From Gracilinanus agilis (lineage: Eukaryota): 64,000 nucleotides of DNA. The stretch lies in the NCBI RefSeq assembly GCF_016433145.1, contig NC_058133.1, positions 210,206,993 to 210,270,992 on the forward strand, given 5' to 3'. Positions 37,101 through 48,064 of this stretch are shown here, piece by piece. The first letter of the stretch is position 1, and the number at the start of each line of letters is the position of its first letter. The notes beneath the pieces are model-generated. The model saw only the letters and a program-made list of their open reading frames with translations, searched no databases and was not told the origin of the DNA. Position numbers and translations under genes: made by a program.

Positions 37101-39760
37101 CTCTTTGCCAGGTGGAAATGAATTAGGTTATCAGCTCCTTAAGTGTAGAGTGGTAAGTATTAAGTAGTTCAACAGAGCCGGAAAGAACATAGGAGTTGTG
37201 TTGAATCCCTCAGAGGCCAGGTTACCAGGCTTAGGCAGCTGTAGCTCCTTTCCCCTGGAAAAGTGCAAGCCAGTGCAGGTGCTCCAACAGGCCTTTGGAA
37301 ACCTACCATTTTACCCCTGGGGAGCTCAAGCTAAACTCATACATTTTACTGGACAGAAGCTGGAGGGGGGTGGGGGTGGGGAAAGCAATTCAGAGAAGGA
37401 AATCCGAACTTTCTTTTGGATAAGGGGAAGGGCAGATCTTTGGGGAGCCACTAGTGCTAGAGGGCTCCATTCTTTCGACTATGAGGGATCTGTGTCTAGA
37501 TCTCCCATCAAACCCTCAGGAGAAAAGAGGGGGAAAAAGATAATAATCTGGAGAATGGGGAGATGGGGGTGAAAGGGAGAGAGACTAAAGTTCATTTAGT
37601 AGAGAATGACTAATTGATGTCCTCAGCATAAATTTCAGGACAATGAGCTCTTCTTGGGGACAAGAGGTCACCTGTTCCCTGACTCACCTCAGGGCACCAA
37701 CTCTCCCTCCTGCCAGGAAGCTCCTGCCCTCCCTTCATCAGAGCCAACCTGGCACAGCCAGGAAGTAGGAGCATGGTGAAGGTTGAGGCTGGTGTTCCCA
37801 GCACCCAGCTAAATCCAGGAAAGGGTTCCTGGCGACCTGACTTCTAGCAAACCAGTTGGCCCTCTCCACCCTGCCCCCAATCTCCCTGCACCTTGCCCTT
37901 CCTCCACCCTGAGCTTTGCCCAGTTTCAAGTGCCAACCCTGTCCACATTAGCCAGCAGGAAGCCATCTGGTCGGGAGTTAACAGTTCAGTTTTCTGGGAG
38001 ACTAAGAGTTGAGGACCCAGGTTCTGTTCCCCCCAATCAGAGAATCAGCAAAGAACCCCTGGAAATCATCAAGGCCTGGCACTCACCCCTTCCTGACTTT
38101 AAAAGTCTCCCATGATCTCTAGGGACAGGCAACTCAGAACAACAACTCTATTTCTTCAACCCCCATTCTCCACCAGCTGATCCATGTTGGGATCATTTGG
38201 GGAAACACCAAACATGGAAAAAGCAACAAAATTATCCCAGTTTATTTGCCCAAGGAAAATCCTCCGCTTTCCCTTCACTCGGTCCTCCCCAGTCCCTTTT
38301 CTCTCAGCTTCCCAGATAAAGGCTTATGCTTACTTCTCACATTCCTGAGACTCATAAATCCTCTTGGGTGGCAGTATCACCACCCCTGAGACTCACTTCT
38401 TTTCTCCGCCCCCACCCCCATCTTTGGCCTCTGCCCCGTTCCAACCTCTTCCTGCCCCAAGGCAGTGGGGTTCGTTCTTTCTTTCTTAGAAGCCACATCA
38501 CACTTTGGGAGGGATGAAGTCCAACCTGACCGAGGTTAATGATACATTAGCTATGGTCCCTTCTATATTCCCAGATTGAGATAAAAAATTCTTTCCCAAT
38601 ATCCCTCTCTTCTCAACATGATCCCTCACCGCCCCCGCCCCTGCCTCTAAACACACACACCTGTGGATCCCGATGGGGGAGAAAAGAGATGTGTATTCCT
38701 TTTAGATCTCTCTTGGTCGTCTTTATTGGATTCTCCAGGAATCCCAGAGTTTTAATTCCCACCACCTGTGGCTGCAAAGAGGAAGCTGCCCCTAACTAGG
38801 AGACTCAGGGCTTAACAACACACACTCTCTCAATCGGGAGCTAGGGGGCGGGTAGTGATGGCGCTTGCTCTCTGGCGAAAACAAGCTTCCACCCCTCTTT
38901 GGCCAAAACGGGGCGAGGGGGTAGGGGAGAACAGATGGAGAGTGGGGCAGTGGATAGAGTTATATGCAGGGAAAGTATTAGATCCCATCGACTACCCCCC
39001 ACCCAAGAGTTCCAAAGGAAAAAGCGGCATGCAGTCTGCTTCAGCGAAGCAGGGAAGGGTCCAGGGTGGGGGTGAAGGGAGACAGGAAGGGACAATCTGT
39101 ATGAGAGACACGCGTCGGCTGGGCCAGTAGCAGGCGGAAACAGCCTCCATATCGCTGGCTTTAGCTTCAGAGCGAAACAGCGGCAAGTTTGGGGCTAAGC
39201 CACGCGGCTTGGTGACGGGGATCCCCGGATGCCTCCCTGAAACTCCTCCTCTCCCCGCCACCCCTTTAGAATCCTAGATTAAAAAGTAAAGTTACCTGTT
39301 CCTGTAGACTCTTCTTTTCCCCAGACTCCCCGGCCGCTCCTGGCTGCCCCTTCTCGCTTGCATCCGCCAACTCTTCCACGGCCCTCTTCGGTGTAGGCTC
39401 GGCCGGAACCTCCCCAGGCTGGCCGCGCAGCAGCTCTTCCCGCACCTGGACGCCTAGCTTCTGCAGGCGCTCGTCCGCCTCAGGATCGACCACTAGCAGA
39501 CGCACGGAGTTGAGCGCGGCGCGGATGCGGCTCACCACCTGCTGGTGACTCTCCTGCTCCACATTCTCGCCGTTCACCTCCACTAGCCGGTCCCCGGCCA
39601 GCAGTCCCGCCTTTTCGGCCGGCGAGCCTGGTTCCACCAGCCGGATAAACTGTCCCACTTTGCCCTTCTCCCCGTGGAGGTGGAAGCCGTAGCCATTCGG
39701 GCCCTTCTCCAGGTTGCAGAGCCGGGGCAGGGGACCCTCGGAGGTCCCGTCGGCGCTCAT
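14381..39760 (-). CDS. SLC9A3R1: NHERF1/EBP50 PDZ scaffold; join complement 39296-39760, 23090-23251, 21716-21869, 16898-16938, 14947-15036, 14381-14572; 367 aa
   Basis: Two PDZ domains with GYGF loops, C-terminal ERM-binding domain ending KKNELFSNL*; internal exon sizes 162/154/41/90 nt; all GT-AG and in frame. Confidence 0.98.
14947..15036 (-). CDS. SLC9A3R1: NHERF1 exon 5 (90 nt, divergent Ser-rich linker)
   Basis: [30 protein letters not shown]; attccag acceptor, GTATG donor; same length as the human exon. Confidence 0.92.
15092..15380 (+). mobile_element. Two tandem partial SINE1-type copies
   Basis: Repeat-family match, internal deletions, followed by (CA)n. Confidence 0.7.
15382..15427. 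repeat. (CA)n microsatellite
   Basis: Direct reading. Confidence 0.95.
16898..16938 (-). CDS. SLC9A3R1: NHERF1 exon 4 (41 nt)
   Basis: (G)[13 protein letters not shown]; cttacag acceptor, GTAAAG donor; restores frame. Confidence 0.94.
17873..18270 (+). mobile_element. SINE cluster (partial copy plus full copy 18061-18270)
   Basis: Repeat-family match; flanking AATAATCTCAGATTCC duplication (about 17837, 18270). Confidence 0.75.
19378..19564 (+). mobile_element. hAT/Charlie MITE family B
   Basis: TIRs (C>T)AGTGATGGGCAAACT / AGTTTGCCCATCACTG; TSD CTCTAGGC / GTCTAGGC. Confidence 0.9.
19966..20470 (+). mobile_element. SINE1-type element split by an L1 3'-end insertion
   Basis: 5' half 19966-20044, 3' half 20335-20470. 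Confidence 0.8.
20045..20334 (+). mobile_element. 5'-truncated L1 3' UTR fragment
   Basis: 16-bp TSD AAATC(T/C)GGCCTCAGAC at 20029-20044 and 20335-20350; similar to the L1 tail at 55447-55840. Confidence 0.75.
21716..21869 (-). CDS. SLC9A3R1: NHERF1 exon 3 (PDZ2 second half)
   Basis: [22 protein letters not shown]...SQEHLN; ctcacag acceptor, GTGAG donor. Confidence 0.97.
22140..22285 (+). mobile_element. SINE1-type 3' portion (NHERF1 intron 2)
   Basis: Repeat-family match. Confidence 0.75.
23090..23251 (-). CDS. SLC9A3R1: NHERF1 exon 2 (PDZ2 first half)
   Basis: [25 protein letters not shown]...DRIVE; taacag acceptor, GTAAC donor. Confidence 0.97.
23560..26820. mobile_element. Dense SINE1 cluster: about 23560-23750(+), 24025-24236(-), 24712-24910(-), 25100-25297(+), 25305-25530(+), 26088-26287(+), 26424-26623(+), 26630-26820(-)
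   Basis: Repeated matches; the 26088 copy has an 18-bp TSD AAAAAATGTTATCTGTGG. Confidence 0.85.
27165..27385 (+). mobile_element. MAR1-type SINE (CORE plus RTE-like tail)
   Basis: CORE ...GCCTCAGTTTCCTCATCTGTAAAATG followed by AAGGAGATGGCAGACCATTCCAGTATCTTTGCCAAGAAAAC. Confidence 0.7.
27985..30510 (+). mobile_element. Three SINE1-type copies: about 27985-28200 (with internal GT repeat), 29815-30005, 30319-30510
   Basis: Repeat-family match. Confidence 0.8.
28071..28096. repeat. (TG)n microsatellite inside a SINE
   Basis: Direct reading. Confidence 0.9.
30745..30995 (-). mobile_element. L1 3' UTR fragment
   Basis: Reverse similarity to the L1 tails at 20045 and 55447. Confidence 0.6.
31242..31426 (+). 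mobile_element. hAT/Charlie MITE family A
   Basis: TIRs CAGGGGTTGGCAA...GGCCGACCCCTG; imperfect TSD CTATATTG / CTATTATTG; internal 18-bp tandem duplication. Confidence 0.88.
34487..34638 (+). mobile_element. Short SINE variant ending in a (TAAA)n tail
   Basis: 13-bp TSD AATTACATAATAA (34473-34485, 34635-34647). Confidence 0.8.
34660..35010 (+). mobile_element. SINE1-type copy interrupted by the MITE at 34801-34968
   Basis: SINE sequence resumes after the second TSD. Confidence 0.8.
34801..34968 (-). mobile_element. hAT/Charlie MITE family A nested in a SINE
   Basis: TIRs CAGGGGTCAGCAA / TTGCCGACCCCTG; perfect 8-bp TSD GTATAGAT (34793-34800, 34969-34976). Confidence 0.92.
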
Positions 39761-40140
39761 CTTGCTCCCGGGCTCCTCAGGGGCTTGCAGACTGGGCTGG
39801 TTCACCTATCACTCCCTCCCACCCCCCTGCCCGAGGAGGCGGAGAGCCCTGGTGAAACACAGCAAGAAATACCCAGTCCAGGAGGAGGAAGCAGGAATCT
39901 GGGAAGGGGCCGCAACGAACTTCTTTAAGTTCCGAAGGGAACAGAAGAAACCAATGACAGGTCCTCACGGCGTCTGAGCGTTCCAGAACCTGTCACAGCC
40001 CCTTATCTCGGGGGAGGGGCCGCTCAGACCCAATTAGGAACCGGCAGAGAAAGGGGGAGGGGGCACTCCAGCCTTGAACAAAGGGAGCCAATGGGCATGT
40101 GGAAGGGGCGGGGGGTTGCTAATTGGCACTTTGGGCGGAC
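38980..40140 (-). promoter_or_regulatory. NHERF1 CpG island and proximal promoter
   Basis: CpG-rich across exon 1; CCAAT boxes (about 40030, 40088, 40122), GC box GGGGCGGGG at about 40105, GATAAG TATA-like element at about 40003-40008 on the - strand. Confidence 0.75.
39296..39760 (-). CDS. SLC9A3R1: NHERF1 exon 1 (PDZ1 + linker, 155 codons)
   Basis: aagATGa start, [30 protein letters not shown]...; CAG|GTAAC donor. Confidence 0.97.
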
Positions 40141-42062
40141 GAAGGAAAAAAGACGAAGAAAAAAGCGCTAGAGAGGTGCATTACAAAGCTTCAAATAGAG
40201 TGGGAGGTGTGGCATCTGGAGTTTGAGGGAGAGAGTCCCCGCTGGGTTCCCTAGATGGGTTCCGGCTCTGGGAAGTCCCTGATTTATGGTTTTGAAGGCT
40301 TAGGGATATTGCTGCCGACTTTCAAATAGGGAAGAGACAGGAACCGAAGATTCTTGAGAGCCCCAAGAAAAAGGAGCGCAGGTTTGGACTTTGCAGTTCA
40401 TATCAGCTTGACGGATTGGTGCTGTGATCAGGGAAGCAGCCTTTATGTAGAAATCGTTTTCCCCCTTCTGATCCTGAGAAGTCTCAGAAAACTCGTACTG
40501 GCAGCACTTGGTCCTAGCTAAGCCCTTTACCCACTTCAGTTACCCAAGAGAAGTTTAAATAAATAAATAAATAAACTGCCTTCGAGTTTATGGTGCCGTT
40601 TGGAATCTGAATAGATTCCATAGCTCCAGGACTCTTTTTGTTGAGCTATTGAATAACAAATGCAAAAGCTTTAGTTTTCTAGTTCAGGTTGGGAGTGGGT
40701 GGGTGGGGAGAAGAGCCTTGGGGGTAGTGTGGCTTTTCCCAAAGGGAAAATGAAAATTGCTAGGCTCAGAATCTCCTACCACATCTTGGCCGGGGGAAAT
40801 GGGGGAGGAGGTGGTGATTTGGCCAGATGGGGGCTGTTAAGGATCTGGGTGATGGTCTGTAGGGAAAAAGTGAATTCGAGAGCAGAGCCACTCACCGCCT
40901 GGCTTATAGGCGAGGTTAGATAAAATTCCTAAAGTAGATTCTACAGAAAAATGTCCCAACGAAAAAAAAAAAAAGCGCAAACATTTCCCTACAGGCACAT
41001 TACCCATTACTCTCTTGGGGAATCTTTAAGCCTGATGCCAGGTTGCTAGGGTTTGCTGAGGAATGCTTCACTTCGGTTGATTCTCACTCCTTTGGTTCCG
41101 TAGTCAGCAGCATCCTGGGGCCTCTTGGAATCACGGAGAAAAGGGGGAAAGCCTGGCCCTGGCTGGGGGGAGGGGGTGTTCTTCACGAAATCTACCTAAG
41201 TTAGCTTAATATACCCAGGAATAAGAAGTAAATCCCACTGCCTCCCACCAAACCTTCTTCAAGTAGCAAGTGAAACTTGGTATAATCTCCAAAATACTGC
41301 AGTTTAATTGTGAAAAATACACCAATGCCAATATTAACCAGAGTATGAAGCATCAACTCTCATGCAAGACATAGGTCGGTAAAAAAGACTGGTGAACTTT
41401 AGAGGGGATTCCTTGCTAGGACTGGAAGAAGCCTAGAGACACTTTTTGGAGACAAAGCTGGGAGGCCTGCTTTCTGTAGGCCAAAATTATTGGTCTCTGA
41501 CTTGAAAACCCAATTGGCACAGCCATATAAGACTGCAATGCTCATCTTTTCCTGAATATCCCTTGCATAGGCTTGGATGGGAATGAGGACAAAGGCAAGA
41601 AAGCTGGTTGGGTATGAGGAGTTGGCTAATTGGAAAGTTAGGAAGAAAATAAGTGATTGTATAAGTGCCTATCTCTACAAAGTCCATCTTTCTTACAATT
41701 AGTTATTTTATAGGACTTTGAGAAACCAGTGACTTGGGCACCCTCCCAAGACTTTAACCATGGTGATCTGGCTCCATACAGGCAACTTATTTAGGGAAGA
41801 AAAATAAAAACTCCTGGGTCCTAATTGATTTAGCCTTATTCTGGATCTTGAATCGGGACAAATAGAAAGAGGAAGAGGGAACCTCATCTGGCCTTTATGG
41901 CACCTAAAACTTAGAACAGGGAATGGATGCAATGGCTGACCTTGGGCTGGTACAGGTGTTAATGGGAGAGTCAAGTCTTTGACTTGGCTTACTTTGTTTG
42001 AGTCAAAGCTGTCATTTCTCCAAGGACAACCTGAATGTGGTAGGGAGAGCAGCAGTCTAGGT

Positions 42063-42242
42063 TCCTGATGGCAAACCTATGACACGCATAGCTGTTTTTT
42101 ATCACATATGGCTGAATACAGAGAAGTCTGTTATAAATATCGTGAAATTATGGTTTTTTTCTTGAAGTGACACACCACTCAAGTTATGCTCGTTTTTTTG
42201 GCGAATTTTGACACACCAAGCTCAAAAAGTTGCCCATCACTG
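42063..42242 (+). mobile_element. hAT MITE family C (CAGTGATGGCGAACCTATGACACGC-type end)
   Basis: Degenerate left TIR tccTGATGGCAAACC, right TIR AGTTGCCCATCACTG; perfect TSD GTCTAGGT (42055-42062, 42243-42250). Confidence 0.88.
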
Positions 42243-43477
42243 GTCTAGGTGAAGGTAAGCTAGGGCCCCATCCTCAAAGAAAGAAGGGATGAAAGATGGA
42301 GAAAAAAGATCTTGCTCTCTTCCCATCCAAGAGAAATGCTAAAGCTATTCTAGAAACTAAATGTTGGGGTTAGCCATTTACCAAAAATTTTAGGTCAAAA
42401 AGAGGCAACATCTCCTGCATGATTTTCAGATGTTCATTGACACTGAAGTCCTTGCTCAAAAGCTCATCCAGAGAGGAAGCTAGAATGGAATTTACCAGCA
42501 TGGAAACTCTCTGGCAACTTGAAGCTCTTCAGCAAGGAAGCCCAGAAATAGGTGTAGAGGAAGGGTTTTGGGGGGGTGGGGGAAGGGAAGGACACCAGGA
42601 TTTTATTCTTACATGGCATCTTAATGGGGGACCAGAAAAGTAGACAAAGAGAGGTGAATTTGTGTTACTTCTTCCTCTTTCTATATACATACAAGCTGAA
42701 CCCTTGTTCATACTTTTCACATCTATTATACTCTCCTGAGGTTTTCACTCATTTAACTTTTGGTGCTTCAGGTAAGACCACTTTAGGTCAGGCCACAATG
42801 ATTCCATAATAGTTGTGGTCCCTGAGCCTCTGGGAAGTCCAATAAGGCAAAAATACAATGGCTGCCTACTCTCTCATGAACTAAAGTCTGGAGGGGACAC
42901 TGAGGTCACTAATTGTCCTTTTCCAGGATCTCCTAGTGAACTGGAACAAAGCCACAATCCCTCTCTAGTCACTAGCTGTTTGATATGGGGCAAGGGGATG
43001 TGATACTTTACCAGAAAAGTTTGGATGGATGGGGCCCTGAACTGAAAGATAATAGAGATATTAGCCCCTGTCCTCTGCCTGTTCTCCTGCAGAATCAGGT
43101 TTTTTATTTTCCAAAGTTTTTCACTATTGTAATACCAGAATGAAATTTGACCTAAAAGTATCTTTGGTCCTCAAATGCTCAGAGACCTACACTTCCCTAG
43201 GAGTCTAGAAACTATAAATACTGGGAGAAGAGGATCAGGGAAACCTGGGGTAAGCCTGATGCAGAAGTCTAGTTCTCTCCTGGGAGAAAGCAATGATGGA
43301 ATGGTTTATGTATGCAACTTATTTTTTTGGCATTCCTTATGCTTCTCCTCTTTGTGCCTTGTTTTCAGTTTGGGGATTCATCCCCCCAAAGGAGTACTCA
43401 AAAAGTTCAGTCTGGAAGTGGGGTATGGCTTATAAGCCCAATGGATCTTCCCAGGTTCCCCCTCTGCTACTTTTCTT

Positions 43478-43586
43478 TCATACAAATGGGCAGCAGCTAG
43501 GCTGTTTCTTCTGCGATTCCACATAATCATGAATCTGGAAACTGGGTTCATTTGGCTGTTGCTGCCCAGCTCTGTGTTTCAGTTCC
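43478..43586 (-). CDS. RAB37: RAB37 exon 9 (hypervariable tail, CC prenylation site)
   Basis: [35 protein letters not shown]. Confidence 0.96.
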
Positions 43587-46500
43587 CTGAAAGAGGCCAG
43601 AGTTGAGATTTCAGTTTCAAAAGTCTCCCTTCATCCCCCATCCTCAGAAGTGATAGGCTCTTCAGGTTCTGGGGCATTCCTTTACTCCTGGGGATATTGG
43701 TACCCTCCACCACCCCTACAATTCCTGATCCCCTGGACTAACCTGGCAATAGCCAGAAAGGCTAACTCCACATTCATGCCTGTCTTGGCACTAGTTTCCA
43801 TGAAAGGCACACCATACTCCTGTCAGGTAGAAAAGTATCCTCAGGGTCATTCATTGTTCCCCATGGTCTCTCCCTTCCTCAACCCTTATGGAAGCCCAAG
43901 GGTAATCACTTACTCTGGCCAATGTCTCTCCATCTTCCGACCGGACTACCCTTTCTCTGCTCACATCTGCCTGCAAAATTCACACCCATCACTCTGGAGA
44001 AGGACATCTTTGTTACCCTCTTCTCCCTCCAGAGCCCAAGCCTCCCCCTTCCCAAAGCATGGGCCCTGCCTGCCCTCTGCTGGTTGCCTGTGGGATGCAA
44101 GAAGTGACTACAGACAATGCCAAGGAGATGGGGTGGATTAAGACGTATGGCTCTGGCATTAATTTTACCAGGTTCTGCAAACTGAAGACTCCCAGATCCC
44201 AGAAATATCAGCCCAGGACAAAAAATAAAATAAATCAATAAAATTGGTCATTTATTTTTCCTCAGTATACTTTTATTTAGTTCATTGAATATTTCAATGA
44301 CTCTGGCTAATGGAGTCAACTTCCATTTGTAGCCAAGGATTTGGAAGTGCATTGCAAAATAAAAATCCAAAAATCTGCTCCAAGCCTCAGTCCTCAAAAC
44401 TAATTCCATTATGGAAAAGACATGAACAGAAGGATGATTTGATCTCCTGTACCACTTGGACAGTTCATGCCTTCCCTATATGTGATGATGGACAGAAAAT
44501 TTATCCTCTCAGAAATCTCTTAGAAAGCTTTGAACCTGGGGGGGGGGGGGGGGAGGGTGGAAAGAAAGGAAAGAAATTTGGGAATGTATGGAAGAGGAAC
44601 CAAAGATACTGCCTTTCCCTACCACACATGAGTTCCCTATACCTATGTAGCTCTCATATTTTTTTAATACAGGAGATAAGGAGGGAAAGAATTTGAAGCT
44701 CAAAATTAAAAAAAAAAACATGTTAAAATTTATTTTTACATGTACTTGAGAAATATTCAATGAACTAAATAAAAGTATACTGAGGAAAAATAAATGACCA
44801 ATTTTATTGATTTATTTTATTTTTTAAAAGCTGAATGCTGTTAAAATATAATGGCCACGCTTCCTCCCCCACCCACGTTTTAAAGATAAGGAAACTGAAG
44901 CTGAGAAATGTTAAGAGACTTGCCAGTGGTTACACAAATAGTGTCTGCTATGGAATTTGAACTCAGTTTTTTCCACTGCAGTGTTTAGCACTCTATCCAC
45001 TATGCCATATAGTTTTTTATGGAAGAGACAGAGGGGTAGCTAGATGGCTCAATGGATTGAGAGCCAGGCCTAGAGATGGGAGGTCCTGGGTTTAAATCTG
45101 ACCTGTATGACCCTAGGCAAGTCACTTAACCCCTGTTGCTTAGCCCTTACCACTCTTCTGCCTTAAAACTAATACACAACATTGATTCTAAGATGGAAAG
45201 TATATGTTTAAAAAAGAAAAGAAAAAAAAAGAAGACACTTCCATTTCTCTTATTTGCAAAAATGTTTGGGGACTATGCTGTGAAATCCTAAATGTAATTA
45301 TGGCTAGTATTATTGAATTTTATAAAAATCTTATTTTATTCCTTGTTTTATAACTCAAGGAACAAGGGGATGGATACATGATATAGGTGATATGAAACAA
45401 AAAGATTTAGGGGCAGTTAGAGTACTAGGTTTGGATATGAGGTCTTGAGTTCAAATATGACTTTAGACACTTCCTGGCTGTATGACCCTGGACAAGTCAC
45501 TTAACCTTACTTCTACCTTGGAACATATACTTATCAATTGATTCTAGGATAGAAGGTAAGTGTTTTTGTTTTGTTTTGTTTTGTTTTGTTTTGTTTTAAG
45601 ATTTGGATAAAAGTTTGTTTGAAGAGGAGAAGGTAGTTTGAGATATAAAAGGAGGTTGGAAGAAGGTAATACATAGGGGGGTAATTGGCCCAAAGGTAAT
45701 ACATACCTTGTTGCCTAGCAACATAATCACCACATCCTTTTGGGCATACTCGTGTATCTCAGTGAGCCAGGCCTATAGGAGAGGGTGGAATGGATGAGTG
45801 GAGAAAAAAAGACAGTACTGATAGGATGGCAATACTTCCGTCTTGAGAAGATCCCCATCTGCCCCAGTCAATGCCCTATCTCGTCCTGTTTCCCCCTTTG
45901 CCTCTCCATCAATTATTTCCTCAGTACTAACTCATTTCATTGATCACTGTTGATTCAATTAATAATAATGTACTAAGTATCTACCATCCAATGGGATAGG
46001 CACTAGAGATCTAAAAATTAAATAGTCCTTACATTATTCCAGGGGAAGACAAGTATTATCTGTCTTCTATTCTCCATCTTCCTACTTCTCTCTCAGTTAA
46101 CTTCATTAATCAATCAATCAATCAATTCATAAACTTTTATGAAGAATTTACTCTGTGCCAGACACTCTGCTAAGCATTGATGATTCAGAGACAAAGCAAA
46201 AAGAGTTCCTGCCTCCAATAGGGTTGCATTCCAATAGAATGTTTTCCATCTCTATATGTCTGTATATCTATCTACATACATTTATGTATATATTTATAGG
46301 TGTATAAGGATATGGACATGCAAAATATCTCAAATTCTGCAGTGTAGTGGGAAGGAAACCTTGGAGGAAAAGTCACCTCTGCCTATTCCTAGTTCTTTGT
46401 GTTTGAAGCTTTATTTTAAGGGCTAGCTCAAATGGCTTCTTCTGTGAAGCTTTCCTTCCTTGAATGCCCAAACCAGAGCAGTCTCTTTTCCTTTGAACCC

Positions 46501-48030
46501 ATCTGACACTGAAATGTTTGTGTATCTCTCTCCCTACATTGTAAGCTCTTGAGGTCCTTAATTAAGGTACTGTGTCTCATGCTGTTCTCTGTTGCTATGC
46601 TGTAGTAGACAGTCAACAGCATTTGGGGGTGGTCTTCTGAGTATATAACCCCTCTTCCTACCTTCTGTCTATTTCCCACCCACCCAGATTACAAATTCAC
46701 TCTCTAAGCCCAACCTGTAAAGAGTCCATGTCAGGTGCAAGGAGTCCCAATGGGTTGGGCCCCTAATTGGTAAGTGATTCAGATTGAAAGCTATTTCTGT
46801 GATTTTTTTAATATGAATTTGTATATGTGAATAACCCACAGGGCTATGTTCAGAGTCATACAGGTCGTTTACAGAGCCTAGCAGAGGCTGAAGGCTTCTT
46901 ATAGACTTCATCTTATTTGCTAGTAAAACACAAAGGGGCAGATAATGGTCTCTGACTCAGCATCTCTGATGCTTTGAAAGTTGAAAGGTACTTTTGAGCC
47001 CTCAGACCCCTCCTCCCTCCAGGCAAGGAGCCATGATTGTGGGGAGGGAGTCTGGGCCTTGAGTACCATGTAGGGGAGTCACAGAAAGGGAGGGACCTAC
47101 CCGGATGTTGTCAAAGGAAGATTTGTTGGTGATATCATAGAGCAGAAGCAGGGCTAGAAGGGGAGAAAAAGAACACTGGGAATTTTGGGGTTCTGCTGTT
47201 GGGAGGGGGAGATGGGAATTTTTTATTAAGGGTGTAGGGCACAGAGACTTTTCGGAAAGGGGAAAGAGACCTACCCTGGGCATCCCGGTAATAAGCATGG
47301 GTGACGCTTCGGAATCTCTCCTGTCCTGCTGTGTCCCAAATCTAAGAGGAGACAGAGAAACAGTAAGAAGCTGGGAGAGGACAACCAGCTACTCCAGAGA
47401 AAAGAAAGCCCTTTTGAAGTGACTGAAATATAGGAAAGTGGGACTGGACCTCTTGCATGGGGCAAGGTGCAAGGTGGGATTCCATAAAGTGTAGAGGGCC
47501 ATGTGTCTGGCAGCCTGGGAGGGACCCAGTCCTTTTCAGAAGAAGGAGGAAAATACTCATTCACAGTCCTTGGATACTAACTACCTGATGATCTGGCCTC
47601 CTGGGATATTCCAGGCTACTTCTCAGGAGATCATCCCACCCTAGCCCTCTTGGTTCAACCATCTTGGTCCATTAGTCTCAGTAGTGACTTATCCAGAAGG
47701 GCTAGAAAGAGTAGGTAGGAAGTTATGGGTAAGGAAAACTAAACATGAGATGTTCCCTCAGCTTTGGAAGAAGTCACTTTTAAAGTGAAAAGGGGGATTG
47801 AACATGGAAGGCTTCTAAAAGATTTGTTCAAAAGCCTTGGTAGGGGGCAGCTGGGTAGCTCAGTGGATTGAGAGCCAGGCCTAGATATGGGAGGTCCTAA
47901 GTTCAAGTCTGGCCTCAGATACTTCCCAGCTGTGTGACCCTGGGCAAGTCACTTGACCCTCATTGCTTACCCTTACCACTCTTCTGCCTTGGAGCAATAC
48001 ATAGTATTGTCTCCAAGACTGAAGGTAAGG

Positions 48031-48064
<34 letters not shown>

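Noticed and set aside
23252-39295. Estrogen response elements in NHERF1 intron 1
   Set aside because: Only half-sites seen, many from the SINE TGACC; no full GGTCAnnnTGACC noticed by eye
39761-39805. 15-aa N-terminal extension of NHERF1 in the ORF track
   Set aside because: Starts at GTG; the ATG at 39760 matches the known MSAD start
45663-45705. 13-bp duplication AAGGTAATACATA next to the RAB37 exon 6 donor
   Set aside because: The second copy lacks the GT, so it creates no competing donor
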